Notes: generated by a model not told the origin, from the sequence alone. Positions 40,501 through 50,352 are shown, numbered from the stretch's first letter. The stretch is 64,000 nucleotides of DNA from Candidatus Omnitrophota bacterium (GCA_903944345.1 CAJARJ010000015.1:70433-134432); one strand, 5' to 3'. Numbers and translations are program-made.

Positions 40501-43500
40501 TGAAACTGGCCAGATGTCCATACTGCTGAGCATCTGTCTCGGTAGCATTGAGTTGTCGTAAGACCACCTGGCTGTGTGTCCATGACAGCTCAAAAACCCG
40601 ATCCGCAATGCGACGATCCTGATATTTATCCACAAGAGCCAGAGCGTTTTCGCGGGTTTCACCAATGCCGGAAACCATATCAATAGTTACGACTTGCCCC
40701 GGCTCAAGGATCATCCGACTCCGGATTGCCAGAGCCGGATCCAGCACCGAACCCTGGCTTCCTGAGAGCGCTCCCAGATTATTCATCGCTACAGGTTTAG
40801 CAATAGTGTCCCCGCGGCCAATAAACAGCATCCGATCCGTCTCATAAGAAACCTTCTGGACATCAGCTCCATGCACTGACATTAAATGAAACAGCCAGGG
40901 GACCTGCTCATCGACAGAACGGGGACGCCGGGAGCAAAGAATCGCCTGCCGCCGCTCGACAATTTCTGTCTGCACAAAAAGATTGCTGAACATAGGATGC
41001 AAAACATCTGCGGCTTGTGGCGCCAGTACTACCTCCGCATAGCTGGTCACATCGATCTCCCGTCTTACCCGGGAACGGTTAGTAATCCGAACGCGTCGCA
41101 ATTCAATATCATCCTCCGGAGAAACAACAATCTCGGTATGCGTGTCCAGACCGTAATCACGCCGATTGAACTCCGCTCGCCCCTCGGAGAAAATGGCTTC
41201 ATAATTTTCTGACTGTTGAAGTGTCGGCTGAAAGGCGGTCGACCAGAATTGGCCAGTCGCCAGATCGCGAATGAAACAAAACATTCCCCAGTTATCGCAG
41301 GTAACGTCCTCGCGCCAACGGGTAACGGCAAGGTCTTTCCAACGGCTGTAGCCCCCTCCCGCATTCGTAACCACAACATGATATCTGCCGTTCGATAACA
41401 ACTGTACTTCCGGAATCAGGGTGTCCGGCGTTTTCAATACGCGAATGGGCGTCTGCACTCCGCTGGAAAGTGTTTGAATATTGGAAAGCTCATTGGCATG
41501 GACATAAAACGGAATGCTTTGCGGAACTCTCTCCTGAAGCAGCAATGTGGTTGCCTGAAAAAGCGGGTCGGACATAAATCGCTTTTGCATGGGACGGTCC
41601 AGTAACAGATAAGCCAAAGAAAGAAGACTCATGCCTTGATGATGAGCCAGGAACGAATGAAGTATCGTATTCGGCCTGCCTCTGCGCTGACGTGACGGAG
41701 TATGATCTACCGATTCATACAAGCCATATTTTCCCATCACCCCCTCAGCTTCAAGGCGCTGCAAATTCTGACATGCCTGCTCAGGCTCCACCATTAATGC
41801 CAATGCAGAAGCATACGGCGCAATAACCAGATCCTCCGCCAATCCGCGCTTAAAGCCTAAACCGGGAACGCCAAACGCGCGGTACTGATAGTTTAAACTA
41901 ACATCGATGGCACTATAACCCGACTCCGAAATGCCCCAGGCAACGCCACGCTGTTTTCCATATTCAATCTGCCTTTCCACTGCTGACTGACAAGTCTGCT
42001 CAAGCAAGGTATTTTCATATGTCGGCATCACTAAAAGCGGCATCAGGTATTCAAACATCGATCCGCTCCAGGACAAAAGAATTGATTTCCCGCCAGCTGT
42101 TGTAAGCAGGCGGCCAAGCGCAAACCAGCTTTCCTGAGGAATTTGTCCCTGCGCAATCGCAGTGAAATAGCACAACCTGGCCTCGGACGCCAAAAGATCG
42201 TAAGAACTTGCATCCAGTTTCCGTTCCTCAACATGATATCCGACTGATAACAGTCGCCGCACCGGGTCATAAAGAAAAGCATAATCCATCAGGGCAAAAT
42301 CACCCGATTGCCGGGCTAAGCGTTCTATATCTACAATCCTCCCACGCGCGCTGGCACCTATCTCGCCCGCAATCCTGGACAGCTCACGCAAGGTCGGTAT
42401 CCGTGTCATGCCGGCAAAATCATTCGGAACAAGAAGTTTCAGATCTTCCAGGGCATTACGGCATTGCTCAACAAAGGCACGGATCCACTCTGCCGCTGCC
42501 TGCTCGGACGCAGGAGAAAGTTTTCCGATAAATCCTTCGGCATTTCGGGGCAGCCGTTCAAGCCAGAAACGGATCTGTTCAAACGTGGGGTCGCTTACAA
42601 TACAAGCCGACTCAAGGTCTTGCTCCAGCGGAGCAAGCATAAGTGAATCCGGCTCCTTCATCGAATCCTTCAAAACCACAAGGGTGTCTCTTAAACCCTC
42701 AAACAACCGCGCCCCCAGAATGCTTTTGTCAACCAGAGCCAACAACCCCGGCCGTAGTGTCAAAAGAAAACCCGCCAGGTTGCCACTGTCCACTGTCGAT
42801 ATATAGCTTGGAAGAAGCGGTTGCAGCGATTGGGTATCATACCAGTTATAAAAATGTCCTCTCTCCCGTTTCAGACTCTCCATTGTGCGAAAAGTATTCC
42901 GGGTTCGTTCAATTAACGCCCCCGCCGATATGTAGCCAAAATCGTACGCAGACAAGTTTGCCAATAATGCCAGGCCTACATTGGTAGGTGACGTGCGCGG
43001 TGCAACCTTAATAGCGCGGTTTTCCTGATAGTTATCCGGGGGCAGCCAATGGTTATCAGGCCCGACAAATGTCTCAAAAAAACCCCAGGTTTTACGAGAA
43101 AGTTTACGAAGAAAAACAAGCTGTTCTGCACTGAGCTTTACTTCTCGCGGTTTTAATAACCGGCTAATCCACCAGGCAATCGCTGGAGACGCGCCCCATA
43201 ACAACAAAACCGCACCCGCCGCACTCAAAGCCCACGGGTCTGTTACCATCAAATAGACGAACATCAATGCCGCAATCGCCGGTGCAATCCACATCAACCG
43301 GAACGAACCAATCAAGTCTGCGCAGCGCACATCCTGATCCGTAGTCGAATTCCATTCCAAAAGACCTTTGCGGGTTATAATCATCCGCACTCCGGTGCGC
43401 AGAATCGCATCCAGACAAAAGAACGCCTCATACGGAAGACACACAAAAGTGAAAGCCCTTTGAGCAAAACACCAGCCCGTGGAACGTGCAACCGTCTTTA

Positions 43501-46165
43501 GGTGCAGTGCCAACAGAACATCCTTCGGTTTGTGTAGCGCGTCCAAAAATGAAGTGATCATCGGAGGGAGAAAAAGGATCCCGAGAACTGTCCAGGTCCA
43601 GAACCCGGGTGACAACCAAACCGTCCACCCCATCAATAAAAGAATAGTTAACGCCCCCGGCACAAGACTGCGCCGCAAATTATCCAGGATTTTCCATTGC
43701 GATAACTGCGAAAGGATATTTCTCTGTTTATCGCGGTTTAATGCCGGCACTTTTGACCATAACCATCCTGCTATCTGCCAATCTCCACGAATCCAACGAT
43801 GCCGACGCTTGACATCCACACTGTAACAAAAGGGATACTCTTCATAAAACTCCACATCACTTAACAACCCTGAACGCGCATAACACCCCTCAACCAGATC
43901 ATGACTAAGAATTCTTCCCTCAGGAAAGCGCCCTTTAACTGCTTGTTCAAATACATCCAGATCATAAATTCCTTTGCCAATATATGAACCTTCTTCGAAA
44001 ACATCCTGGTAAGCATCGGACACCATACGCGTATAGGGGTCTATTCCCGGTTCACCACCGTACAGGCGTGCATAATAAGAACGGTTTGCGCTGGGAAGAC
44101 TCATGCTCACCCGCGGCTGAAGGATGCCATACCCCTCGCTTACACATTGCTTGCTTTCGTCATAGAGGGCCCGATTCAGCGGATGAGCCATTGTTTCTAC
44201 AAGTTTACGTGCGCAATCACGTGGCAGTTGAGTATCTGTATCCAATGTAATGATATATCTAACATCTTTCAGGATCGCCATGTCGCCGACAATAAGTGCA
44301 AACTTTTCCTTTACCCCCCCGCGCAGAAGGCTATTCAGGTCCGCCAGTTTCCCCCGCTTTCGCTCATAACCCATCCAGATCTTATCCAGGGGGTTCCAGC
44401 GCCGAGGACGATGAAAAAGAAAAAAGATGCCGTCTTTTCCATTTCTGTATTTTGCATTAAGCTTTTCAATGTTTGATTGAGCCAACTCCAGGAGGAATTT
44501 GTCCTCAGGCAATTCTTCCTGAAACGCATCCCGGAAATCCGTCAATAAACCAAAATGCAGATGCTCATCGCGATTAGCCAGGAACCGCACTTCCAGTGCC
44601 TCAACAAGACTTTCTATATTCTGCGCACTGGTGATCATCGTGGGGACAACCGTTAAAGTCCGGAATGCCGGGGGAATCCCATTGGAATAGTCCATCCGTG
44701 GCAAGCACCGGGGCGTTACAAGAGCCATCGCCAGGCCGTTAACCAGCTCTAAAGCCAGCTGACTGACGGCAACGATTACAAGAACACCAAGAATTATGAA
44801 TTGTCCGCCAGAAACATTCCTGATGTTCGGATCGGCGAATAAGACACCCGCCAGGAGAAGTGTGCTGATAACAATCGCTCCCAGATACAGAAATATTGAA
44901 TATCGTTTAGCAGTCCTGGCTAGAATACCTGGAGTGGAAAGATATACCTGCGCCACTCGTTCAAGCTGAGGAAAGCCTTTATCAATCAGATAGAAACCAA
45001 CATGTGCCGTGCGATCAGAATTTCCAGTCTTGCGCGCTGCCTCATCTGCCAATTGGATCGCCAGTTGCGCCACTTCGGATTCGGTATACCTGCTCCTTTT
45101 CGCTGTTTTCTCTACAACATGACGATAACGATCTCTTGTAGTAAAATCCATCTGACAATAATACTCGCCCGGATCAGCCCGCAATATCTTCTCAACAGCA
45201 CTCATCTTTTCAACAAATTCCCGCCAATCCATAGCGCTTAACAAACGAAGGCTGCCAATACTATTACTGATAGAAACCTGATCAGCCGCCTGATGCTGAT
45301 TCCCCAAATGAACCAAATGCTCGATCGTCAACCCGGCCTCGGAAAGCCACTGCTTAACCCAGGTCAGAGGCAATGCCAAAGACGGACTCTGTCCAGATAA
45401 ACGGCGGGTTAGTTCAGCAATAAATGCATTCGACATCGGCGGCTTGGAGCGTGCCATGTCGGCAACTACCAGTATTAAGCTTTTGGGATCCTTTTCAGCA
45501 ATCAAAGCCATTTGGTCTGCCCAAAAATTAGCCAGATCCTGATCGGTCCTTTCAACAATAATGCGGGTGGCGACCCGCCTTAGATTCTCAATCAGAGCAA
45601 GACGCAGCATAATCGGTATGCCCCACAGTTCACCCAGATCGAGGGGCGTAATTTTCTGATAGGCCACGACAAAACAACAAAGAATTTCCGGATCTACCCG
45701 TCCGTCGCCATGAGCAATCATCTCCAGGGCAATGTCATACACACGAGGCAACCCCGCAGACGCCCCGTTGATTAAAAGAGGCAATTCCCGATGATAACTC
45801 TTGGGCAAATGCCGCTCGGCTATACGTACTTGTTCTTCGATCAGATAGAAATTGTCAAGCAGCCATTCTCCCGCCGGCGTAATTAAACGTTTGGCATTCA
45901 CCGCTGCCGTCAGCAAGGTATGGGCTCCAAGCAGAAGATCTTCGTTCTCAGCCAGTTTGGTCAGAAGTAATTGAGAACCACGCACCCTGGTTAGTCTGTG
46001 CATGCCCGCCAACACTTTGCCATGCTGCTGCATCTGACTACTGCTGAACAATTCCGAACGCAACGGCGACTCTTCCGGCCCATGTTTTATAACCAGATTT
46101 CTCGCGAACAGATGCGCATACCATCCTCGAAATAATATCTTTATCGTCGTGACAATACCCTTCAT
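37514..46165 (-). CDS. Cyclic beta-1,2-glucan synthase (NdvB/ChvB/Cgs-like; GT84 plus GH94 domains)
   Basis: 2883 aa. N-terminal TM region with a DxD glycosyltransferase core (IITLDTDTQLPRD). Large C-terminal GH94 (cellobiose-phosphorylase-like) region whose C-terminus is WYTGSAGWMYRLILESLLGL. Start at the ATG at 46165 with a GGAGGTG RBS. Confidence 0.75.
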   Translation of the reverse strand: MKGIVTTIKILFRGWYAHLFARNLVIKHGPEESPLRSELFSSSQMQQHGKVLAGMHRLTRVRGSQLLLTKLAENEDLLLGAHTLLTAAVNAKRLITPAGEWLLDNFYLIEEQVRIAERHLPKSYHRELPLLINGASAGLPRVYDIALEMIAHGDGRVDPEILCCFVVAYQKITPLDLGELWGIPIMLRLALIENLRRVATRIIVERTDQDLANFWADQMALIAEKDPKSLILVVADMARSKPPMSNAFIAELTRRLSGQSPSLALPLTWVKQWLSEAGLTIEHLVHLGNQHQAADQVSISNSIGSLRLLSAMDWREFVEKMSAVEKILRADPGEYYCQMDFTTRDRYRHVVEKTAKRSRYTESEVAQLAIQLADEAARKTGNSDRTAHVGFYLIDKGFPQLERVAQVYLSTPGILARTAKRYSIFLYLGAIVISTLLLAGVLFADPNIRNVSGGQFIILGVLVIVAVSQLALELVNGLAMALVTPRCLPRMDYSNGIPPAFRTLTVVPTMITSAQNIESLVEALEVRFLANRDEHLHFGLLTDFRDAFQEELPEDKFLLELAQSNIEKLNAKYRNGKDGIFFLFHRPRRWNPLDKIWMGYERKRGKLADLNSLLRGGVKEKFALIVGDMAILKDVRYIITLDTDTQLPRDCARKLVETMAHPLNRALYDESKQCVSEGYGILQPRVSMSLPSANRSYYARLYGGEPGIDPYTRMVSDAYQDVFEEGSYIGKGIYDLDVFEQAVKGRFPEGRILSHDLVEGCYARSGLLSDVEFYEEYPFCYSVDVKRRHRWIRGDWQIAGWLWSKVPALNRDKQRNILSQLSQWKILDNLRRSLVPGALTILLLMGWTVWLSPGFWTWTVLGILFLPPMITSFLDALHKPKDVLLALHLKTVARSTGWCFAQRAFTFVCLPYEAFFCLDAILRTGVRMIITRKGLLEWNSTTDQDVRCADLIGSFRLMWIAPAIAALMFVYLMVTDPWALSAAGAVLLLWGASPAIAWWISRLLKPREVKLSAEQLVFLRKLSRKTWGFFETFVGPDNHWLPPDNYQENRAIKVAPRTSPTNVGLALLANLSAYDFGYISAGALIERTRNTFRTMESLKRERGHFYNWYDTQSLQPLLPSYISTVDSGNLAGFLLTLRPGLLALVDKSILGARLFEGLRDTLVVLKDSMKEPDSLMLAPLEQDLESACIVSDPTFEQIRFWLERLPRNAEGFIGKLSPASEQAAAEWIRAFVEQCRNALEDLKLLVPNDFAGMTRIPTLRELSRIAGEIGASARGRIVDIERLARQSGDFALMDYAFLYDPVRRLLSVGYHVEERKLDASSYDLLASEARLCYFTAIAQGQIPQESWFALGRLLTTAGGKSILLSWSGSMFEYLMPLLVMPTYENTLLEQTCQSAVERQIEYGKQRGVAWGISESGYSAIDVSLNYQYRAFGVPGLGFKRGLAEDLVIAPYASALALMVEPEQACQNLQRLEAEGVMGKYGLYESVDHTPSRQRRGRPNTILHSFLAHHQGMSLLSLAYLLLDRPMQKRFMSDPLFQATTLLLQERVPQSIPFYVHANELSNIQTLSSGVQTPIRVLKTPDTLIPEVQLLSNGRYHVVVTNAGGGYSRWKDLAVTRWREDVTCDNWGMFCFIRDLATGQFWSTAFQPTLQQSENYEAIFSEGRAEFNRRDYGLDTHTEIVVSPEDDIELRRVRITNRSRVRREIDVTSYAEVVLAPQAADVLHPMFSNLFVQTEIVERRQAILCSRRPRSVDEQVPWLFHLMSVHGADVQKVSYETDRMLFIGRGDTIAKPVAMNNLGALSGSQGSVLDPALAIRSRMILEPGQVVTIDMVSGIGETRENALALVDKYQDRRIADRVFELSWTHSQVVLRQLNATETDAQQYGHLASFIIYAHSLLRADSGVLVQNRRGQSGLWGNAISGDLPVVILQIGDPAHIELARQMVQAHAYWRLKGLAVDLVIWNEALSGYQQLLQEQIMGLISASGQGKLSHNSGEIFVRPAEQISSEERILLQSVARVIISDRRGTLASQINLRHPAEVPVPRLATFKAHHREAALPANIADNDLVFFNQLGGFSPEGREYVIKLSSGQVTPMPWVNVLANAHFGTIVSENGCAYTWSENAHEFRLTPWNNDPVNDLTGEALYLRDEETGHFWSPSPGPSRSKAPYVSRHGFGYSVFEHNEGGLHSELRVYVAVDASVKFSVLTIHNMSGRPRRLSATGYVEWVLGDMRSKTAMHVRTEVDHVNGALYARNLYNTEFSETIAFFCVDDMSRTISGDRTEFIGRNGSVQEPAALSRAHLSGKVGAALDPCAAIQVPFDLVDGEERKIVFTLGVGQGIEHVRKLIQRYCGLSGAQEASEAVSEYWTRTLGAVQVETPDKSLNILTNGWLLYQTLACRLWARSGYCQSGGAFGYRDQLQDVMALIHNEPGLVREHLLLCAAHQFYEGDVQHWWHPPEGRGLRSHCSDDYLWLPLATCRYVLTTGDTEVLDELTPLLQGRPVNADEDAYYDLPVQSPEKVSLYEHCRRAIVRGLAFGEHGLPLMGSCDWNDGMNLVGQKGKGESVWLGFFLYEVLVQFIGIAQERGDSAFTGICQMQSMQLRQNIEKHGWDGEWYRRAYFDDGAPLGSASNTECQIDSIAQSWSVLSGAGDGRRVQLAMEALSRRLIRRDSRIVQLLDPPFDKSSLNPGYIKGYVPGVRENGGQYTHAAIWAAMAFARLGDSRHAWEILDMINPVNHAKSLADINTYKVEPYVVAADVYGVSPHIGRGGWTWYTGSAGWMYRLILESLLGLRLQVDQLTIEPCIPLDWKEFKIQYRYRETIYQIKVLRLASGNNQESLTVDGVKQENKVIHLVDDRRHHQIEVCCRESSLSLKDQASDFEWARSRDGTV

Positions 46166-46273
46166 GCTAACACCTCCGAACATGAGCAGAAAAGGCTGGC
46201 ATGATCTGCTCCGTCCTTCATGTTCCTAAAATGTTGCTCTATAAATACTATTTTCTTCTATCCAGAGGACATT

Positions 46274-46323
46274 ATCTTAAAGAGGACCGAGAATGAATCA
46301 ATTGTACTGCGGTATAACAGGCG
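46274..46323 (-). promoter_or_regulatory. Conserved promoter family, copy c (TTGATT, 16 nt, TAAGAT)
   Basis: Minus-strand sequence cgcctgttataccgcagtacaaTTGATTcattctcggtcctcttTAAGAT. About 110 nt upstream of the glucan-synthase ATG. Confidence 0.5.
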
Positions 46324-46369
46324 AATTTAGGGTAGACCTCTTGCGATTGCGCGAATGAAGCATCTCAAA

Positions 46370-47047
46370 TCATCCGCCCAAAGTAACATCTTGTTTCTGA
46401 TACCAGCTTAATGCCTGCAAGAAATGCTCTGGCTTGAAATCCGGCCAGTAAGCATCGAGTACAAAAATATCGGCGTAAATCGACTGTACCGGAAGAAAAC
46501 CGCTCAATCTGCTGCGCCCTCCCCACCGGATGATCAGGTCAATCCTGGATATTTCCGCCGATTTTATATTATTAACAATATTTCTTCGGGCCGGATCGGC
46601 CAGCTTCAATAAATTTAAATCCCATTCCCAGCCATAGTTGACCAAGAAATTTACCTTAACCCCTCCGTTCCCGAAGATGGTTCGTTTTGTAAAAGGCATC
46701 AATTCTTTCGGGAATGACGCCGAGTCACTATTGCCCAGAACTAACAAGGCGGCATCTTCCAAAGAAAGTATTCTGACCGCCTTAATACAGGCCTCCGTGA
46801 AAGCTCTCGTTTGCTCCGCAGGTCTTTTTACATTATCTGTTGTAAACCCGTAATAAGAAATCTCCTTGATACCCGTCTGCTGGCACAATCTAAAAAGAGT
46901 TAACCCTGGATCAATTCCCTGTTCATACCCCTTTTCTTTGGGCATTCCCTTTTTCTCGGACCATCGTCTGTTTCCGTCCGGAATGATCCCGATATGCTTT
47001 GGGTACCGCGCCCTGGCAGACTCTATACCGCTCGCTAACATGTGCAT
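46370..47047 (-). CDS. Undecaprenyl-diphosphate synthase-like cis-prenyltransferase
   Basis: HIGIIPDGNRRWS motif. Matches the UppS family C-terminus (RWGGRSRLSGFLPVQSIYADIFV). Start at the ATG at 47047. Confidence 0.8.
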   Translation of the reverse strand: MHMLASGIESARARYPKHIGIIPDGNRRWSEKKGMPKEKGYEQGIDPGLTLFRLCQQTGIKEISYYGFTTDNVKRPAEQTRAFTEACIKAVRILSLEDAALLVLGNSDSASFPKELMPFTKRTIFGNGGVKVNFLVNYGWEWDLNLLKLADPARRNIVNNIKSAEISRIDLIIRWGGRSRLSGFLPVQSIYADIFVLDAYWPDFKPEHFLQALSWYQKQDVTLGG

Positions 47048-47096
47048 ATTGTCTCTTTCCAGCAGATAAATCTTAACGGATATTGCTTTGCAACAA

Positions 47097-47939
47097 TTAT
47101 CGACCAACAATCTTTTCCCCATTAAGGAATGACAGAAGATCAGCATTGAGCTTTCCCTTGTGGGTTTCGGTCAGTCCGTGAGGCGCGCCTTTATAGATCT
47201 TCAAGACCGAATTCCGAACAAGTTTCGCAGATGCCAAAGCCGCAGCGTCTATTGGCACGATCTGATCGTCATCACCATGAATAATGAGAGTCGGTACATC
47301 AAACTTTCTCAGGTCCTCGGTGAAATCTGTCTCGGAGAACGCTTTGATGCAGTCAAAAGTGTTCTTGTGACCGGCCCGCATCCCCTGGAGCCAGAACCAA
47401 TCAATCATACCCTGTGAAACCTTCGCTTTTTTACGATTAAAACCAAAGAACGGCCCCTTGGCCAGCATCATGTAGAATTCAGAGCGGTCGGATAATGAGC
47501 CAGAGCGAATACCATCAAACACTTCGATGGGAAGCCCGTTAGGATTAGCGACAGTCTTGAGCATAAGCGGTGGAACCGCCGAGATCAACGCAGCTTTTGC
47601 CAGACGTTTCGTACCATGGCGGCCGATATAACGGGCGATTTCTCCGCCGCCGGCTGAAAAGCCAACAAGCACAATATTTTTAAGGTCAAGACTGACAATG
47701 AGTTCCGCGAGGTCATCAGCATAGGTGTCCATTTCATTGCCATCCCAGGTCTGGCTAGAACGGCCATGTCCGCGACGGTCATGGGCGATGCAACGATACC
47801 CGTTAGAAGCCAAAAAGAACATTTGAGACTCCCAACTGTCCGCACTCAAAGGCCACCCATGACTCAATACGACAGGTTGACCAGAACCCCAGTCCTTATA
47901 GTAAATTTTTGTACCGTCCTTAATCGTGATCATACTCAT
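47097..47939 (-). CDS. Alpha/beta hydrolase (non-heme haloperoxidase / arylesterase-like)
   Basis: [56 protein letters not shown] ... GFSAGG. Strong similarity to bacterial non-heme chloroperoxidase/esterase proteins. Confidence 0.8.
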   Translation of the reverse strand: MSMITIKDGTKIYYKDWGSGQPVVLSHGWPLSADSWESQMFFLASNGYRCIAHDRRGHGRSSQTWDGNEMDTYADDLAELIVSLDLKNIVLVGFSAGGGEIARYIGRHGTKRLAKAALISAVPPLMLKTVANPNGLPIEVFDGIRSGSLSDRSEFYMMLAKGPFFGFNRKKAKVSQGMIDWFWLQGMRAGHKNTFDCIKAFSETDFTEDLRKFDVPTLIIHGDDDQIVPIDAAALASAKLVRNSVLKIYKGAPHGLTETHKGKLNADLLSFLNGEKIVGR

Positions 47940-48172
47940 AATTGGCCTCCTGTAACGTTCTCAATCAACTCCTGCACATGACACGTGCTCAGAATTAATA
48001 CGTTCTTTGCACCCACGGCTTCGACCCCAAATACTGCTGATTCAAAAACATCCTGCTTTAACTGTGCCTTAGATCGCCGAGGTAACCGGACTGTTTTCGC
48101 TTTCCCGGTGCACGCGCGGCTCTAGCGTAATTCCAGGCAACCAGAGAATTGCCCTCCCCCTTCTAGATTGGG

Positions 48173-48220
48173 ATTCTAGTAAAGCATCAAGAACGAAGCA
48201 ATTGTACTGAAGTTCAATAG
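48173..48220 (-). promoter_or_regulatory. Conserved promoter family, copy d (TTGCTT, 17 nt, TAGAAT), more diverged
   Basis: Minus-strand sequence ctattgaacttcagtacaaTTGCTTcgttcttgatgctttacTAGAAT. Upstream of the hydrolase at 47939, with a 5' UTR of about 220 nt. Confidence 0.4.
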
Positions 48221-48255
48221 CACATAGAAATGAGACGGATATACTGCGGCTAACC

Positions 48256-48708
48256 ATGATAGACATATCCAAAATAACCGAATACCTGTATGTGGGCTCC
48301 AAGATCGGAAAAGAGCATGCCGAGGAATTGAAGCTGCTTGAGTTTCATCTGATTATTTCCATGATTGGCCAAATGGCACCAGACACGATCTACGCCCTTC
48401 CCCCTTTCAAAACATTGTGGATCCGCACCTATGACACATTTTTCACTCCCATTTCGATCAAAAAACTGATGGTGGGAGTTGCAGCCGCCCGTCCCATAAT
48501 CCAAAACAAAGGCAAGGTCCTGGTTTTCTGTCTGCAAGGCAAACGCCGCAGCATTGCGATGGCCTCCGCTATTCTCATCAGCATGCGGTATACCAGCGAG
48601 GAAGCTGCCTGCTTGTTGACTACAGCTAGAAAAGTTGCTGATCCGAAAAGATGGTATATCCGGATGCAAATCAGGGCCTTTGAGAAATATTGGAAGGAAA
48701 CGCAATAG
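48256..48708 (+). CDS. Dual-specificity / tyrosine protein phosphatase
   Basis: CX5R active-site loop (VLVFCLQGKRRSIAMA). 150 aa. Confidence 0.7.
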   Translation: MIDISKITEYLYVGSKIGKEHAEELKLLEFHLIISMIGQMAPDTIYALPPFKTLWIRTYDTFFTPISIKKLMVGVAAARPIIQNKGKVLVFCLQGKRRSIAMASAILISMRYTSEEAACLLTTARKVADPKRWYIRMQIRAFEKYWKETQ

Positions 48709-48710
48709 CC

Positions 48711-49691
48711 ATGGAAAAGAAAATACGAAATATTCACATCATTATTAATCCCGGCTCTGGAAAAGAAAAATCTATCTTGCCCGTAATCAATACGTTCATG
48801 CAGGCGGCAGGTATTAGGTGGGAAGCATCAATCACACATAAAGCAGGTGATGCGATCCGCCTAACCCGGACTGCCTCCCGAAATAAACTTGATGCCATCG
48901 CAGTCTATGGTGGAGACGGCACAGTGACGGAAGTGGTTAACGGCCTGGTCGGAACAGAAATCCCTCTGATTATTCTGCCAGGAGGATCGGCCAATGTCAT
49001 TGCCAACGAACTGGGCATCCCCTGGAATCTTAAAGAAGCCTGCGCGCTTATCAGTCAAAACCCGCTGAGAACAAGAAACATCGATGTCGGTCAGCTTAAT
49101 AACCGCTATTTTATTGCGGGAATCAGTATCGGGTTTGGAGCAGACTTAATCAAGGGCGCAAAACGTGAAGCCAAGAGCAAATTCGGGATTCTGGCCTACT
49201 TTTTCTCCCTGTTTACAGCCATGCAAAAACTTAAACTCACAATCTACCATCTTAAAGTTGACGGCGTTAGCCACGAGGTCAGCGGGATTACCTGCATTGT
49301 TGCCAACGCAGGCAATCTCGGTTTCACTAAAGTATCTCTGGACAAACACATCGACATCTGCGACGGATTATTAGATATTGTGATCGTGCGAAAAGCTGAC
49401 TTAAAACTCTTAAAGCTTATCGCCATCACGTTGATTAAACGCAGACGGCCGGACAATTTTGAATTAGTAAAGCATTTGCAAGGCAAAGAGATCAGTATAT
49501 CTTCAAATCACAAACAAATCATTCAATGTGACGGGGAGATATTAGAAAATCTGCCCCTTCACATCAAGATTGTTCCCGGTGCAATCAGGGTTTTGATCCC
49601 GGGGAAATATAATAAAATCATTGCACAAACATCTTTGGAGCCTAACTGTCAGGACAAAGGCATCTTTTTCGACTCTCTGAATATATCCTGA
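48711..49691 (+). CDS. Diacylglycerol/lipid kinase catalytic-domain protein (YegS/BmrU-like)
   Basis: DAGK_cat signature (HIIINPGSGKEKS ... YGGDGTVTEVVNGL). Start taken as the ATG at 48711, just after the phosphatase stop. An in-frame upstream ATG at 48690 is an alternative. Confidence 0.7.
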   Translation: MEKKIRNIHIIINPGSGKEKSILPVINTFMQAAGIRWEASITHKAGDAIRLTRTASRNKLDAIAVYGGDGTVTEVVNGLVGTEIPLIILPGGSANVIANELGIPWNLKEACALISQNPLRTRNIDVGQLNNRYFIAGISIGFGADLIKGAKREAKSKFGILAYFFSLFTAMQKLKLTIYHLKVDGVSHEVSGITCIVANAGNLGFTKVSLDKHIDICDGLLDIVIVRKADLKLLKLIAITLIKRRRPDNFELVKHLQGKEISISSNHKQIIQCDGEILENLPLHIKIVPGAIRVLIPGKYNKIIAQTSLEPNCQDKGIFFDSLNIS

Positions 49692-49704
49692 GCCTGAAAA
49701 ATAG

Positions 49705-50046
49705 TCAGCCACTTTTCTTCCGCAAAAGCACACAAAAAAGCCTTCCCAGCCATAACAAGATAAACAAGAGCAAACACAAAACCCACCCACAGCTTTGTCT
49801 GCGCACTATAAGGTGCGTATAAAAAAAGGTGATGTGAAAAAGAACAATTCCGCTAAATAGAAACACTAATGAGATCCCTATTCCCAAATAACTTAGAAAC
49901 AGCAAGCGACAGGCCTTAATAATTTTCAGATAGAAGAGCTTCATTTTAAGCTGCGAGGCTTCCTGCGCCTCACCTTTGTTGAACGCAAAATCACGGGCGA
50001 ACTTAACGAAGAAGGTCATCAAATATGACATTAAAATTTTATGCAT
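49705..50046 (-). CDS. Hypothetical membrane protein (low-GC ORF)
   Basis: 113-aa ORF with hydrophobic segments in an AT-rich stretch. No recognisable motif. Confidence 0.2.
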   Translation of the reverse strand: MHKILMSYLMTFFVKFARDFAFNKGEAQEASQLKMKLFYLKIIKACRLLFLSYLGIGISLVFLFSGIVLFHITFFYTHLIVRRQSCGWVLCLLLFILLWLGRLFCVLLRKKSG

Positions 50047-50074
50047 AACGGCTTCTTTCTGTTTATACCGGGAA

Positions 50075-50110
50075 CTTTTCCCTAAGACAAAATTCTGTCT
50101 TAGGGAAAAG
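50075..50110. repeat. Perfect 15-bp inverted repeat (CTTTTCCCTAAGACA - 6 nt - TGTCTTAGGGAAAAG)
   Basis: Read directly from the sequence. Lies between the DUF883 gene stop (50116) and the start of the 49705-50046 ORF. There is no U-tract after the stem on either strand, so it looks more like a protein-binding dyad than a terminator. Confidence 0.6.
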
Positions 50111-50115
50111 TTGAA

Positions 50116-50352
50116 CTAATTCCTGCTTCTGCCAATGACTAAACCCAATAAAAGAGCGCCAATACCCACCCCGGCCACAATGGGCCAGGGATTCTCATGA
50201 ACTTGTTTGTCTACATCAGAAGCCCATTGGTTAACTTTTTCTTGCCCCTGCCTGATTCGTTTCTCTGCTTCACTCAATGCGTCTTTAATTTGACTTTCCC
50301 CCTGCTCAAGGGTGAGGTGAGCACAATTCCCAGCTTTTTCTGGCTCTGCCAT
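50116..50352 (-). CDS. DUF883 (ElaB/YqjD-like) membrane-anchored stress protein
   Basis: MAEPEKAGNCAHLTLEQGESQIKDALSEAEKRIRQGQEKVNQWASDVDKQVHENPWPIVAGVGIGALLLGLVIGRSRN with a C-terminal TM helix. AAGGAGA RBS at the ATG at 50352. Confidence 0.65.
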   Translation of the reverse strand: MAEPEKAGNCAHLTLEQGESQIKDALSEAEKRIRQGQEKVNQWASDVDKQVHENPWPIVAGVGIGALLLGLVIGRSRN

